A stretch of 63,882 nucleotides of DNA, counting the filler, from Vicugna vicugna (lineage: Eukaryota): NCBI GenBank assembly GCA_013265495.1. It is 76 parts of 74 records of this genome, joined end to end, with 100 filler letters (N's around TTAATTAATTAA, not from the genome) between each part and the next. Parts side by side here need not be neighbours in the genome. Positions count along the whole stretch, not along the records: positions 11,530 to 12,011 come from MU060609.1; positions 12,112 to 12,672 come from PNXW01015105.1; positions 12,773 to 13,034 come from MU060610.1; positions 13,135 to 13,293 come from MU060610.1; positions 13,394 to 14,180 come from MU060611.1; positions 14,281 to 15,484 come from MU060612.1; positions 15,585 to 16,342 come from MU060613.1; positions 16,443 to 17,135 come from MU060615.1; 68 more parts are not named here. The stretch is one strand, 5' to 3'. The notes under the pieces are model-generated. The model was not told the DNA's origin and did no database searches. It worked only from the letters and a program-made list of their open reading frames with translations. The position numbers were made by a program, and so were the translations under genes. The first letter of the stretch is position 1. Each line of letters starts with the position of its first letter. Positions 11,899 through 24,460 of this stretch are shown here, piece after piece.

Positions 11899-11982
11899 CA
11901 TATATATATATNNNNNNNNNNGTGTGTATATTATACTACACATACATATACACATACATATACATATATGTATACACATATT
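11899..11982. repeat. (TA)n/(CA-TA)n low-complexity microsatellite
   Basis: CATATATATATAT-gap-GTGTGTATA...CACATACATATACACATACATATACATATATG. Confidence 0.8.
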
Positions 11983-12111
11983 TAAATGCAAATATGATAA
12001 ACCACAAAACTNNNNNNNNNNNNNNNNNNNNNNNNNNNNNNNNNNNNNNNNNNNNTTAATTAATTAANNNNNNNNNNNNNNNNNNNNNNNNNNNNNNNNN
12101 NNNNNNNNNNN

Positions 12112-12672
12112 AACATTGTCATTGAGTGGGGGAGCTCCAGAGACAACTCCACGCAGGTCACTTCAGTCACAGGTGTTCCTTGATCGGGGAAGTCCGAGAA
12201 ATACCTTCACTGAACTTGGGGAGGCAGCCTCTGTCACTGGGATATCCTGCAAACCCCATAGCATTCCCTGGCACAGAGAGATGAGGAACACCCTCAGGGA
12301 AGACGAGCACGGGCATTCCCTTACAACCCACGCGCTGCCGTCTGTTGGTGGAACCTCCCCACGCTCAGGATTCCGGAACCATTGTCATTGAGTGGGGGAG
12401 CTCGAGAGACAACTCCACGCAGCTCTCTTCAGTCACAGGAGTTCCCTGTTCCGGGAAGTCCGAGAAATATCTTCCCTGACCTTGGGGAGGCAGCCTCCTT
12501 CACTGGGATACCCTGGAATCACACCTAGCATTCCCTGGCACAGAGACATTAGGAAAACTCTCAAGGGAGACAAGCTTAGGCATTCCGTTAGAACCGACGC
12601 GTTGCCGACCGTTGGTGGAACCTCCAAACGCTGAGGATTCCGGAACCATTGTCAGTGCGTGTGGGAGCTCGA
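12112..12672 (+). repeat. 267-bp satellite array (CATTGAGTG variant)
   Basis: Two monomers with the variants ATTGTCATTGAGTG and GACGAGCACGGG. Confidence 0.95.
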
Positions 12673-13134
12673 NNNNNNNNNNNNNNNNNNNNNNNNNNNN
12701 NNNNNNNNNNNNNNNNTTAATTAATTAANNNNNNNNNNNNNNNNNNNNNNNNNNNNNNNNNNNNNNNNNNNNTTGTCCTTTATCTCAGGATCTGTGGAGG
12801 AGGAACAAGGAACTCAGTGAGAGGTCCAGGAAGATACCCGACTGTGTTAAGAGAGAACAGAAATTGTGAAATGGGGAGTGAGGACACTTGCAGCAAAGTA
12901 AAATGACTTCACAACTACTGCACAGAGCTGCAGGTGTGAGAGAGCCTAAGCCTGTCTCAGAGTGCAGGGGACAACCGGAAAGGAATGGCAAAATTTCCAC
13001 TGACAATTGAAATTTTGTTAAATAGACTGCTACTNNNNNNNNNNNNNNNNNNNNNNNNNNNNNNNNNNNNNNNNNNNNTTAATTAATTAANNNNNNNNNN
13101 NNNNNNNNNNNNNNNNNNNNNNNNNNNNNNNNNN

Positions 13135-13293
13135 GATGAATGCTGTCTGTGAATGTAGGATGGAGTAAGGCCAAGGTTTCTGTGTGGATTAATGAGGTAA
13201 ATGATGGTCCTGCTTTGCTGTGAGGAGGGAAAGCTGCAGAGGGGAAAACTGGGGGAAAACTGATGAGTTCAGCTGTGGGAAAAGTGAAAGGCT
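13135..13293. mobile_element. Probable L2 LINE fragment
   Basis: CCAAGGTTTCTG...GATGGT...GATGAGTTCAG pattern is typical of degraded L2; recognised by eye. Confidence 0.4.
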
Positions 13294-13393
13294 NNNNNNN
13301 NNNNNNNNNNNNNNNNNNNNNNNNNNNNNNNNNNNNNTTAATTAATTAANNNNNNNNNNNNNNNNNNNNNNNNNNNNNNNNNNNNNNNNNNNN

Positions 13394-14180
13394 CGCTGCC
13401 GACTGTTGGTGGAACCACCCCACGCTCAGTATTCCGGAACCATATTCGGTGCGTTGAGGAGCTCGATAGACAACTCCACGCAGCTATCTTCAGTGACAGG
13501 TTTTTCCTATTCAGGGAATTCCGAGAAATAACTTCCCTGAACTTGGTGAGGCAGCCTCTGACACTGGGATATCCTGCAAACTCTCCTAGCATTCCCTGGC
13601 ACAGAGACATTAGGAAAACCCTCAGGGGAGACGAGCTTAGGCATTCCGTTAGAACCCACGCGCTGCCGACCNNNNNNNNNNNNNNNNNNNNNNNNNNNNN
13701 NNNNNNNNNNNNNNNNNNNNNNNNNNNNNNTCCCTGTTCGGGGAAGTCCGAGAAATACCTTCCCTGACCTTGGGGAGGCGGCCTCTGTCACTGGGATATC
13801 CTGCAAACAACCCTAGCATTCCCTGGCAGAGAGACATTAGGAAAAACCTCAGGGGAGACGAGCTTAGGCATTCCGTTAAATCCCACGCGTTGCCGACCGT
13901 TGGTGAAACGTCCCCACTCTCAGGTTTCTGGAACCTTGGTCAGTGCGTGGGGTAGCTCGAGAGAAAACTCCACGCAGCTCTCTTGAATCACAGGTGTTCC
14001 CTGCCCGGGGAAGTCCGAGAAATATCTTCCCTGACCTTCGGGAGTTAGACGCTGACACTGGGATATCCTGCAAACCCCCCTAGCATATCCTGGCACAGAG
14101 ACATTAGGAAATCCCTCAGGGGAGTCTAGTTTAGGCATTCCGTTGAACCCACGCGCTGACGACCGTTGGTGGAACCTCCC
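13394..14180 (+). repeat. 267-bp satellite array
   Basis: About 3 monomers of the same consensus. Confidence 0.95.
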
Positions 14181-14280
14181 NNNNNNNNNNNNNNNNNNNN
14201 NNNNNNNNNNNNNNNNNNNNNNNNTTAATTAATTAANNNNNNNNNNNNNNNNNNNNNNNNNNNNNNNNNNNNNNNNNNNN

Positions 14281-15484
14281 CCAAATCCCCACAACATGGG
14301 AATACCTGTGCTCCTTGAAAAAACCCTGGACTCGGTATCCCCACCACCAGAACACACATGAAGCAGTTTTCTGCTATCCTGAGTGTGGGCTGGCAATTTC
14401 AGGTGACAGAAGCGGCTGGGTTCTAATAGAATCCCTTAGCTTGTAATCCCTGAGTGTTTCCCTAGGACTGACTNNNNNNNNNNNNNNNNNNNNNNNNNNN
14501 NNNNNNNNNNNNNNNNNNNNNNNNNNNNNNNNNNNNNNNNNNNNNNNNNNNNNNNNNNNNNNNNNNNNNNNNNNNNNNNNNNNNNNNNNNNNNNNNNNNN
14601 NNNNNNNNNNNNNNNNNNNNNNNNNNNNNNNNNNNNNNNNNNNNNNNNNNNNNNNNNNNNNNNNNNNNNNNNNNNNNNNNNNNNNNNNNNNNNNNNNNNN
14701 NNNNNNNNNNNNNNNNNNNNNNNNNNNNNNNNNNNNNNNNNNNNNNNNNNNNNNNNNNNNNNNNNNNNNNNNNNNNNNNNNNNNNNNNNNNNNNNNNNNN
14801 NNNNNNNNNNNNNNNNNNNNNNNNNNNNNNNNNNNNNNNNNNNNNNNNNNNNNNNNNNNNNNNNNNNNNNNNNNNNNNNNNNNNNNNNNNNNNNNNNNNN
14901 NNNNNNNNNNNNNNNNNNNNNNNNNNNNNNNNNNNNNNNNNNNNNNNNNNNNNNNNNNNNNNNNNNNNNNNNNNNNNNNNNNNNNNNNNNNNNNNNNNNN
15001 NNNNNNNNNNNNNNNNNNNNNNNNNNNNNNNNNNNNNNNNNNNNNNNNNNNNNNNNNNNNNNNNNNNNNNNNNNNNNNNNNNNNNNNNNNNNNNNNNNNN
15101 NNNNNNNNNNNNNNNNNNNNNNNNNNNNNNNNNNNNNNNNNNNNNNNNNNNNNNNNNNNNNNNNNNNNNNNNNNNNNNNNNNNNNNNNNNNNNNNNNNNN
15201 NNNNNNNNNNNNNNNNNNNNNNNNNNNNNNNNNNNNNNNNNNNNNNNNNNNNNNNNNNNNNNNNNNNNNNNNNNNNNNNNNNNNNNNGATGGGATGTTTT
15301 AACCTACAACCCAGAACCATGGAATAAATGTGCCCCCTGTAATATGCTTTGCCTGTTTCACTACATCCAGCACACCCGCGAAGAAGTGTTCTGGTATTCT
15401 GAGGGTGGGGAGATTCCTCAAACTGACAGCAGCACCTTTGTACTATTAGTATCCCTTAGCTTCTGTTCCCTGAGTGTTCCTTTA
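14281..15484 (-). repeat. Diverged relative of the 267-bp satellite (gapped)
   Basis: GGGTTCTAATAGAATCCCTTAGCTTG and CCCTGAGTGTTTCCCTAGG are reverse complements of motifs in 19021-19893. Confidence 0.8.
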
Positions 15485-15584
15485 NNNNNNNNNNNNNNNN
15501 NNNNNNNNNNNNNNNNNNNNNNNNNNNNTTAATTAATTAANNNNNNNNNNNNNNNNNNNNNNNNNNNNNNNNNNNNNNNNNNNN

Positions 15585-16342
15585 CTGTATTCTATATTGT
15601 AAATTCTGTGTTCTGCATTTCATGTTCTAAATTATCGGTTCAATATTCTTTATTTTATATTCTCTATTCTGTGTTCCTCACACTATATTCTAAATTCTAT
15701 ATTCAGTATTCTGTATTCTATATTCTAAATAATGTGTTCTGCATTCCATTTTCTAAATTCTATATTCAGTATTCTGTANNNNNNNNNNNNNNNNNNNNNN
15801 NNNNNNNNNNNNNNNNNNNNNNNNNNNNNNNNNNNNNNNNNNNNNNNNNNNNNNNNNNNNNNNNNNNNNNNNNNNNNNNNNNNNNNNNNNNNNNNNNNNN
15901 NNNNNNNNNNNNNNNNNNNNNNNNNNNNNNNNNNNNNNNNNNNNNNNNNNNNNNNNNNNNNNNNNNNNNNNNNNNNNNNNNNNNNNNNNNNNNNNNNNNN
16001 NNNNNNNNNNNNNNNNNNNNNNNNNNNNNNNNNNNNNNNNNNNNNNNNNNNNNNNNNNNNNNNNNNNNNNNNNNNNNNNNNNNNNNNNNNNNNNNNNNNN
16101 NNNNNNNNNNNNNNNNNNNNNNNNNNNNNNNNNNNNNNNNNNNNNNNNNNNNNNNNNNNTATATTATAAATTCTGTGTTCTACATTCTATATTCTAAATT
16201 CTATATTCAGTATTATGTAATCTATATTCTAAATTCTGTGTTCTGCATAGCATGTTCTTTATTCTGCATTCTATATTCTGTATTCTACATTCTATACTGT
16301 GTGTTCTAAATTCTATATTCTAAACTCTATATTCAGTATTCT
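15585..16342 (+). repeat. Degenerate heptamer satellite (TATTCTA)n
   Basis: Phased ATTCTAT/ATTCTGT/GTTCTAC/ATTCTAA 7-mers. Confidence 0.93.
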
Positions 16343-17281
16343 NNNNNNNNNNNNNNNNNNNNNNNNNNNNNNNNNNNNNNNNNNNNTTAATTAATTAANN
16401 NNNNNNNNNNNNNNNNNNNNNNNNNNNNNNNNNNNNNNNNNNCTTAGCCTCTCCCGGACTTGTTTTCTGTCCTGCAGAGACGGGGCTGTCTAGGCGTCCC
16501 TCCCCCGAAGAGGTGCTGAGGGATATAAATGACGCACGTGGGCAGCCCGAGCACAGCTGTTCCATCCTCGTAAGTGCAGGATAGCATAGTTTCTGCGGTG
16601 ACGGCTTTATGACCGCCCCGTGTAGACTCTCAGTGCTCCGAAAGGATGCCTTGTGGTTTGGAGATGGGATTCTCACGTCTGTAAATACCCAAGGATTGTG
16701 TTATTGGTCCCTGCTGATTATTCTACCCTCTCATGGTGTGACATTTCATGGAATCCAGGAAACAGCCCTAAGCTACCTGCCTCTTCACACTTCTCCGTGG
16801 TGGTTTTCTTACCTGACTAGAAGAGGGTTTTGCATAGGAAATGAAATTTNNNNNNNNNNNNNNNNNNNNNNNNNNNNNNNNNNNNNNNNNNNNNNNNNNN
16901 NNNNNNNNNNNNNNNNNNNNNNNNNNNNNNNNNNNNNNNNNNNNNNNNNNNNNNNNNNNNNNNNNNNNNNNNNNNNNNNNNNNNNNNNNNNNNNNNNNNN
17001 NNNNNNNNNAGCCTGTGTGTGCAGGCGTGAGAGACACGCCTCTGCCCTGTGACTTGCAAGATCGACAGCAAGTGTGTGCCTGAGGCTCCCAGCAGACACA
17101 GGGAAACAGGGTTTGAGGGAGATGCTTACCTTACTNNNNNNNNNNNNNNNNNNNNNNNNNNNNNNNNNNNNNNNNNNNNTTAATTAATTAANNNNNNNNN
17201 NNNNNNNNNNNNNNNNNNNNNNNNNNNNNNNNNNNAAAGGGCAAGATGTGCTTTTAAAAAAGGCCAACAAACAGAGGAAAC

Positions 17282-17730
17282 GTTATGGAAATGACAAGCC
17301 AGCCAAGAAACAAGCACCACTTGGAGGGTTGGAGTACTCAGATTTATTACACCTGCGGGCTCAGAGGGGCTTCTGCTCCGAAGCTCTGAGCACCTCCAAG
17401 ACCTGCACATGAGGTTTTATAGGGTTAATTACAAGTATGGTGCTATTAGCCAATAAGGTTCAAACAACAAAAAGCAAGGAATCAGTACACTGGAGCTTAT
17501 CAATTTGGAACAGATCACGTTACTGACACTTGTTGAGCTTGGATTTACGAGTTAGCTTGTTAGCCCAGGAAATTGACACTAAACTTCAGATTTACAAGTT
17601 AGCCCACGGCAGAACTTATATCAGTAAACCGACACTTATCACACTTAAATTTGTGACGGAGCTCGTTAGCCCAATAGACTGACATTAAATTTCAGATTTA
17701 TGAGTTAGCCCAGCAGAACTCAGATCAGTA
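17282..17730 (-). mobile_element. ERV LTR (U3-R-U5, 5' truncated)
   Basis: On the minus strand: tandem U3 repeats, TATAAAA (17415-17421), AATAAA (17343-17348), ending ...TTTCCATAAC. Homologous to 35783-36163. Confidence 0.8.
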
Positions 17731-17830
17731 NNNNNNNNNNNNNNNNNNNNNNNNNNNNNNNNNNNNNNNNNNNNTTAATTAATTAANNNNNNNNNNNNNN
17801 NNNNNNNNNNNNNNNNNNNNNNNNNNNNNN

Positions 17831-18305
17831 ACACATGTAATTTACATTGTTTACATAACCATGGATTTCGGTATTACGAACATGATTCATGTATCATGGA
17901 TTTCTCAAACATGAATTTCTGAGTTGTGAACATGCGTATTACTGATGTTTCAAACACCAAACAAGTTACCTATGCACTCTGAAATATTTACTTTGACTTC
18001 ATAGCTTCTTCCTATCACCAGTTTCAAGAATCAAACTTTGATCCCAGAAAAATCCTCTTGGAGCGAATTCTACCCTAGAGATANNNNNNNNNNNNNNNNN
18101 NNNNNNNNNNNNNNNNNNNNNNNNNNNNNNNNNNNNNNNNNNNNNNNNNNNNNNNNNNNNNNNNNNNNNNNNNNNNNNNNNNNNNNNNNNNNNNNNNNNN
18201 NNNNNNNNNNNNNNNNNNNNNNNNNNNGACACGTGTATTTCACAAACTTTCCCTAACATTAAGTTCGAATTCATGCATTTTTCACAGAAAAATATTTCTG
18301 GAGCG
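17831..18305 (-). repeat. AT-rich ~740-bp satellite (gapped)
   Basis: Same subunit motifs (CTTGGAGCGAATTCTACCCTAGAG). Confidence 0.92.
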
Positions 18306-18405
18306 NNNNNNNNNNNNNNNNNNNNNNNNNNNNNNNNNNNNNNNNNNNNTTAATTAATTAANNNNNNNNNNNNNNNNNNNNNNNNNNNNNNNNNNNNNNN
18401 NNNNN

Positions 18406-18920
18406 TCCGTTAGAATCCACGGCTGCCGAACCTTGGTGGAACCTCCCCACCCTCAGGATTCCGCAGCCATGGTCAGTGCGTGGGGGACCTCGAGAGGCAA
18501 CTCCACGCAGTTCTCTTCATTCACATGTTTTCCCTGTTCGGGGAATTCCGAGAAATATCTTCTCTGAATTTGGGGAGGCAGCCTCTGTCACTGGGACTTC
18601 CTGCAAACACCCCTAGCATTCCCTGGCACAGGGACATTAGGAAAACCCTCAGGGGAGACGAGCTTAGGCTTTCCGTTAGAACCCACGCGCTGCCGACCGA
18701 TGGTGGAACCTNNNNNNNNNNNNNNNNNNNNNNNNNNNNNNNNNNNNNNNNNNNNNNNNNNNNNNNNNNNNNNNNNNNNNNNNNNNNNNNNNNNNNNNNN
18801 NNNNNNNNNNNNNNNNAGTCCGAGAAATCCCTGACCTTGGGGAGGCAGAATCTTACACTGGGATATCCTGCAAACCCCCCTAACATTCCCTGGCTCAGGG
18901 ACACTGGGAAAACCCTCAGG
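18406..18920 (+). repeat. 267-bp satellite array
   Basis: Same consensus monomer. Confidence 0.95.
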
Positions 18921-19020
18921 NNNNNNNNNNNNNNNNNNNNNNNNNNNNNNNNNNNNNNNNNNNNTTAATTAATTAANNNNNNNNNNNNNNNNNNNNNNNN
19001 NNNNNNNNNNNNNNNNNNNN

Positions 19021-19893
19021 ACCCCACTTTCTCCCGCACTCCGGCCTTGGCATGCCATCAGGGAAACAAGGTAAGGGATACTGTTAGGACCCAGGCGCTG
19101 CTGTCATTTGGAAGAGCCTCCCCTCAATCAGGATACCTTAAAAATTCTGTGTGTTGTACAGGATGTGGGGAAATAGAGTCCACGCAAATTTATGCGGGCA
19201 GAGTTTTTCACAGGTTATGGATGTTATTTAACACCTATAATGCCCATATAGATGCACTCGTTAACACTTTATTTTAGAGCCCAATGCTCACAGCGCGGCC
19301 TAGGAACACACTCAGGGAAGTCAAGCTGAGGGATACTTTAATATCCCAGGTGCTGATGTAAGTTGGAGGATCCTCCCCACACTCAATACACAAGAACACT
19401 TCTTCGTCAGTGTGCTGGAGGTGGGGAAACAGAATCCACGCATCTTTAAGGGGCACAGTTATTACCCTGTCGTTGTTTGTATGTTAAACACTTCCACATC
19501 CATTGAGAGGCATTCGCTACCATTGAGTTTCAGTGGCCACCCCCACTATCCCCCGGACCTGGGCCAAGGCAAGTCATCAGGGAAAACAAGCTAAGGATTT
19601 CTATTAGAATCCAGGCACTGCTGTCAGTTGGAGGATCCTCCCCACACTCAGGAAACCAAAACACGTCTTCGTGTGTGTGCTGGAGGTGGGGAAAGAGACT
19701 CCACGAATCTTTCTGGGGGCACAGGTGTTCCTAGGTTAGGGATGTAGGATAAACGCCTCCACAGCCCATACAAAGGCACTCGCTAATACTTGGCTTTAGA
19801 GAACAACCCCCACATTCGCTCAAATCCCATCCAAGTAAATCAGTCATATAAGTCAACCTAAGGGATGCTATTAGATCCCAGTTGCTGCTGTCA
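19021..19893 (+). repeat. Diverged relative of the 267-bp satellite
   Basis: CCAG(G/T)...GCTG anchor at 19091, 19346, 19611 and 19878 (periods 255, 265, 267). Confidence 0.88.
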
Positions 19894-19993
19894 NNNNNNN
19901 NNNNNNNNNNNNNNNNNNNNNNNNNNNNNNNNNNNNNTTAATTAATTAANNNNNNNNNNNNNNNNNNNNNNNNNNNNNNNNNNNNNNNNNNNN

Positions 19994-21010
19994 TATATGG
20001 GGAGGTACAAGCTCCAACTCTGTTTTACAGTGCAAACGTCAGGCACTCCATACCTGCAATAGGAAACAGACTGAGAAAGCAGAGTCAGTGTTTCTCCTGC
20101 AAACCGTTCCCTTTGTGCTGTAAGAACGAACGTCTCTCCACATGCTCATTTCTGAGAGATAAGTGTGTGTGAAAGCCGTCCTTCACCTAGTTTGAAGGGA
20201 ACACAAAGTTTCTTTTCAGTTGCCAACTCCACCCCATACATATATCTGGGGAGGTACAAGCTCCAACTCGGTTTTACAGTGAAAACGGCAGGCACTTCNN
20301 NNNNNNNNNNNNNNNNNNNNNNNNNNNNNNNNNNNNNNNNNNNNNNNNNNNNNNNNNNNNNNNNNNNNNNNNNNNNNNNNNNNNNNNNNNNNNNNNNNNN
20401 NNNNNNNNNNNNNNNNNNNNNNNNNNNNNNNNNNNNNNNNNNNNNNNNNNNNNNNNNNNNNNNNNNNNNNNNNNNNNNNNNNNNNNNNNNNNNNNNNNNN
20501 NNNNNNNNNNNNNNNNNNNNNNNNNNNNNNNNNNNNNNNNNNNNNNNNNNNNNNNNNNNNNNNNNNNNNNNNNNNNNNNNNNNNNNNNNNNNNNNNNNNN
20601 NNNNNNNNNNNNNNNNNNNNNNNNNNNNNNNNNNNNNNNNNNNNNNNNNNNNNNNNNNNNNNNNNNNNNNNNNNNNNNNNNNNNNNNNNNNNNNNNNNNN
20701 NNNNNNNNNNNNNNNNNNNNNNNNNNNNNNNNNNNNNNNNNNNNNNNNNNNNNNNNNNNNNNNNNNNNNCAAACGGCAGGAACTTAAAACAGGCACTTGG
20801 AAACAGTCTGAGAAAGCATAGTCAATGTTTCTCCTACAACCCGTTCCCTTTGTGCTGGATGAACGAACGTCTCTCCACATGCTCAGTTCTGAGAGAAAAG
20901 TGTGTGGGAAAGCCGTCCTTCACCTAGCTTTAATGGAAGACAAAGTTTCTATTTAGTTACCAACTCCATTCCATACATATATATGGGGAGTTACAAGCCC
21001 CAAATCGGTT
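19994..21010 (+). repeat. 249-bp satellite array (gapped)
   Basis: AGGTACAAG at 20003 and 20252 (period 249). Confidence 0.93.
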
Positions 21011-22064
21011 NNNNNNNNNNNNNNNNNNNNNNNNNNNNNNNNNNNNNNNNNNNNTTAATTAATTAANNNNNNNNNNNNNNNNNNNNNNNNNNNNNNNNNN
21101 NNNNNNNNNNAATGACTTAACACGTGTGTCTAGTGTCTAGGCTTGGATCTCTTACGGGAAGTGTCTTCATCAGTTTCTTGCTACCGTCCTGGCAGGCTCA
21201 GGTGTATGTACTGTTTGAAAGGGATGTGGGGGTCTAGCTGTGGGGATCTGGGCAGCAGACTTGGACAATGTGGAGTAAGGATCTCAGTGGGTCATGGAAT
21301 GACCCTCCAAAACCTTATGCCCTGGTGAGTTAACTGCTCTACCTAAGGACACCCCAGTAGGCACAAGTACAGGCAATGGAGCAAGACATCCAAAGCTGAA
21401 ACCTCTACCCTAGATGGAGAATCTCCAAGTAAAATATGAGTTGGCACAGACTGAGGGAATTTCTGTTTTTACTTCCTTAAATTTTTGCAGTATTTCACAA
21501 GACTGGATCTGAAGTTTTCCCAGTGGGAATTTCAAAATATTTTGCAGGATTAGTTTGACTTTTTAATAATTGGTTCAATTCATTTCTAAGACACAGAGTT
21601 TTGTTTTATTACACTTTGTGTGTTTTTATAAATTAGTTTTTAAAACATTGTGCATGTGATCTCTGTAGGAAAAAACTATGTTTTTCAAAATATTTTCTTA
21701 GTATTATTTTAACACTGTCAAGTTCTACAGAGAATGTACTGGATTTGGTTCTTAATATTTGTTATTTGTGTTTCTGTTCTTTTTTTCATAAATAGTTAGC
21801 TAGTGGCTTATTAACTCTATTGTTACTTTTAAAAATTTCTCTTGTTTAAGTCTTTATTAAGTATTTATTTCATTTTATAGATTTTCTTCTAATGTTTTCA
21901 TTAAGTCTTTTTGAGCCTAGTGTCACTTCCTAAGATGATCTTGAAGAAATTAATTTACATCAGCNNNNNNNNNNNNNNNNNNNNNNNNNNNNNNNNNNNN
22001 NNNNNNNNTTAATTAATTAANNNNNNNNNNNNNNNNNNNNNNNNNNNNNNNNNNNNNNNNNNNN

Positions 22065-22993
22065 CTGTGACTGAAGGGAGCTGCGTGGAGTTGTCTCTCG
22101 AGCTCCCCATCGCAGTGACAATCATTCCGGAATCCTGAGCGTGGGGAGGTTCCACCAACGGTCGTCAGCGCGTGGGTTCTAACGGAATGCCTAAGCTCGC
22201 CTCCCCTGATGGGTTTCCTAATATCTCTGTGCTAGGGAATGCTAGGGGTGATTGCAGGATATCCCAGTGTCAGAGGCTGCCTCCACAAGGTCAGGGAAGT
22301 TATTTCTCGGACTTCCCCGAACAGGGAACACCTGTGACTGAAGAGANNNNNNNNNNNNNNNNNNNNNNNNNNNNNNNNNNNNNNNNNNNNNNNNNNNNNN
22401 NNNNNNNNNNNNNNNNNNNNNNNNNNNNNNNNNNNNNNNNNNNNNNNNNNNNNNNNNNNNNNNNNNNNNNNNNNNNNNNNNNNNNNNNNNNNNNNNNNNN
22501 NNNNNNNNNNNNNNNNNNNNNNNNNNNNNNNNNNNNNNNNNNNNNNNNNNNNNNNNNNNNNNNNNNNNNNNNNNNNNNNNNNNNNNNNNNNNNNNNNNNN
22601 NNNNNNNNNNNNNNNNNNNNNNNNNNNNNNNNNNNNNNNNNNNNNNNNNNNNNNNNNNNNNNNNNNNNNNNNNNNNNNNNNNNNNNNNNNNNNNNNNNNN
22701 NNNNNNNNNNNNNNNNNNNNNNNNNNNNNNNNNNNNNNNNNNNNNNNNNNNNNNNNNNNNNNNNNNNNNNNNNNNNNNNNNNNNNNNNNNNNNNNNNNNN
22801 NNNNNNNNNNNNNNNNNNNNNNNNNNNNNNNNNGTACAGGGAACACCTGTGACTGAAGAGAGCTTCGTGGAGGTGTCTCTCGAGCTCCCCCACGCACTGA
22901 CAATGGTTCCGGAATTCTGAGTGTGAGGACGTTTCACCAAAGTTCGGTAGCGCGTGGGTCCTAAAGGAATGCCTAAGCTCGTCTCCCCTGAGG
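22065..22993 (-). repeat. 267-bp satellite array (gapped)
   Basis: Same consensus monomer. Confidence 0.95.
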
Positions 22994-23093
22994 NNNNNNN
23001 NNNNNNNNNNNNNNNNNNNNNNNNNNNNNNNNNNNNNTTAATTAATTAANNNNNNNNNNNNNNNNNNNNNNNNNNNNNNNNNNNNNNNNNNNN

Positions 23094-23839
23094 TTACATA
23101 TCTGTTTGGTGGAAATCGCTCCAGAAGTATTTTTCTGACAAAAATGCACAATTTCGAAACTGCTGTTAGGAAAAGATTGTGAAAATGGGTACACGTGTCT
23201 AGATGAAAATATTGTTTTTATAGAGGATGAAAGATCAGTAATCCACATGCTCTCAACTCAGGAATGCATGTTTGTCGAATCCGTCNNNNNNNNNNNNNNN
23301 NNNNNNNNNNNNNNNNNNNNNNNNNNNNNNNNNNNNNNNNNNNNNNNNNNNNNNNNNNNNNNNNNNNNNNNNNNNNNNNNNNNNNNNNNNNNNNNNNNNN
23401 NNNNNNNNNNNNNNNNNNNNNNNNNNNNNNNNNNNNNNNNNNNNNNNNNNNNNNNNNNNNNNNNNNNNNNNNNNNNNNNNNNNNNNNNNNNNNNNNNNNN
23501 NNNNNNNNNNNNNNNNNNNNNNNNNNNNNNNNNNNNNNNNNNNNNNNNNNNNNNNNNNNNNNNNNNNNNNNNNNNNNNNNNNNNNNNNNNNNNNNNNNNN
23601 NNNNNNNNNNNNNNNNNNNNNNNNNNNNNNNNNNNNNNNNNNNNNNNNNNNNNNNNNNNNNNNNNNNNNNNGAAGTCCAAGGAACTATTTCAAAGTGCAT
23701 AAGTAACTTGTTTGGTGGTTGAAATATCTGTCATGTGCATGTTCACAGCTTAGAAATGCAATTTGAGGAATTCATGATGCATGAATCATGTTTGAATTAC
23801 GGAATGCCATGGTTATGTAAACAATGTAAATTACATGTG
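23094..23839 (+). repeat. AT-rich ~740-bp satellite (gapped)
   Basis: GGAAATCGCTCCAGAAG and GGATGAAAGATCAGTAATCCACATGCTC motifs. Confidence 0.92.
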
Positions 23840-24460
23840 NNNNNNNNNNNNNNNNNNNNNNNNNNNNNNNNNNNNNNNNNNNNTTAATTAATTAANNNNN
23901 NNNNNNNNNNNNNNNNNNNNNNNNNNNNNNNNNNNNNNNTCCATTTCCTTTTTGCAGTATGGAATCCAAGTCAGGATTGAGTTGCATTTAGTTGTCAACA
24001 GCCATTGGAAAAATTTATATTTTAAACAATGGAGGCCCCCTTACCTCCAGGATCCGTCAGAGTGGCCGTGGGAGCATCAGGTATCAAATCAAAGAGCCTT
24101 TCTTCTGTGATGCCAGGGCCAGTTGAGGATGTGCAGCTGGGCCTCTAGGCAGCTTTGGCACGGGTAGTCACCCTCTGTGCCTTGGCCCACCTACCTCGTG
24201 GCTGCGCAGCCTCTCCAAATTCTACCCCTGCCTCTCAAGTCAACCTCCTGCCATCAGAACTCTGAAGACTCCCTCCTTGGCCACCTTCTCTTTCAGTGTG
24301 GGCTTCCTCCCTGAGTGGTCTCTTGTGGCTTCAAGCATTCCACGGATCCTCAGAAAACTCNNNNNNNNNNNNNNNNNNNNNNNNNNNNNNNNNNNNNNNN
24401 NNNNTTAATTAATTAANNNNNNNNNNNNNNNNNNNNNNNNNNNNNNNNNNNNNNNNNNNN

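Noticed and set aside
16521..16542. TATAAA-TGACG-CACGTG cluster as a promoter
   Set aside because: The motifs are short, the CRE half-site and E-box lie immediately downstream of TATA, and there is no supporting gene context.
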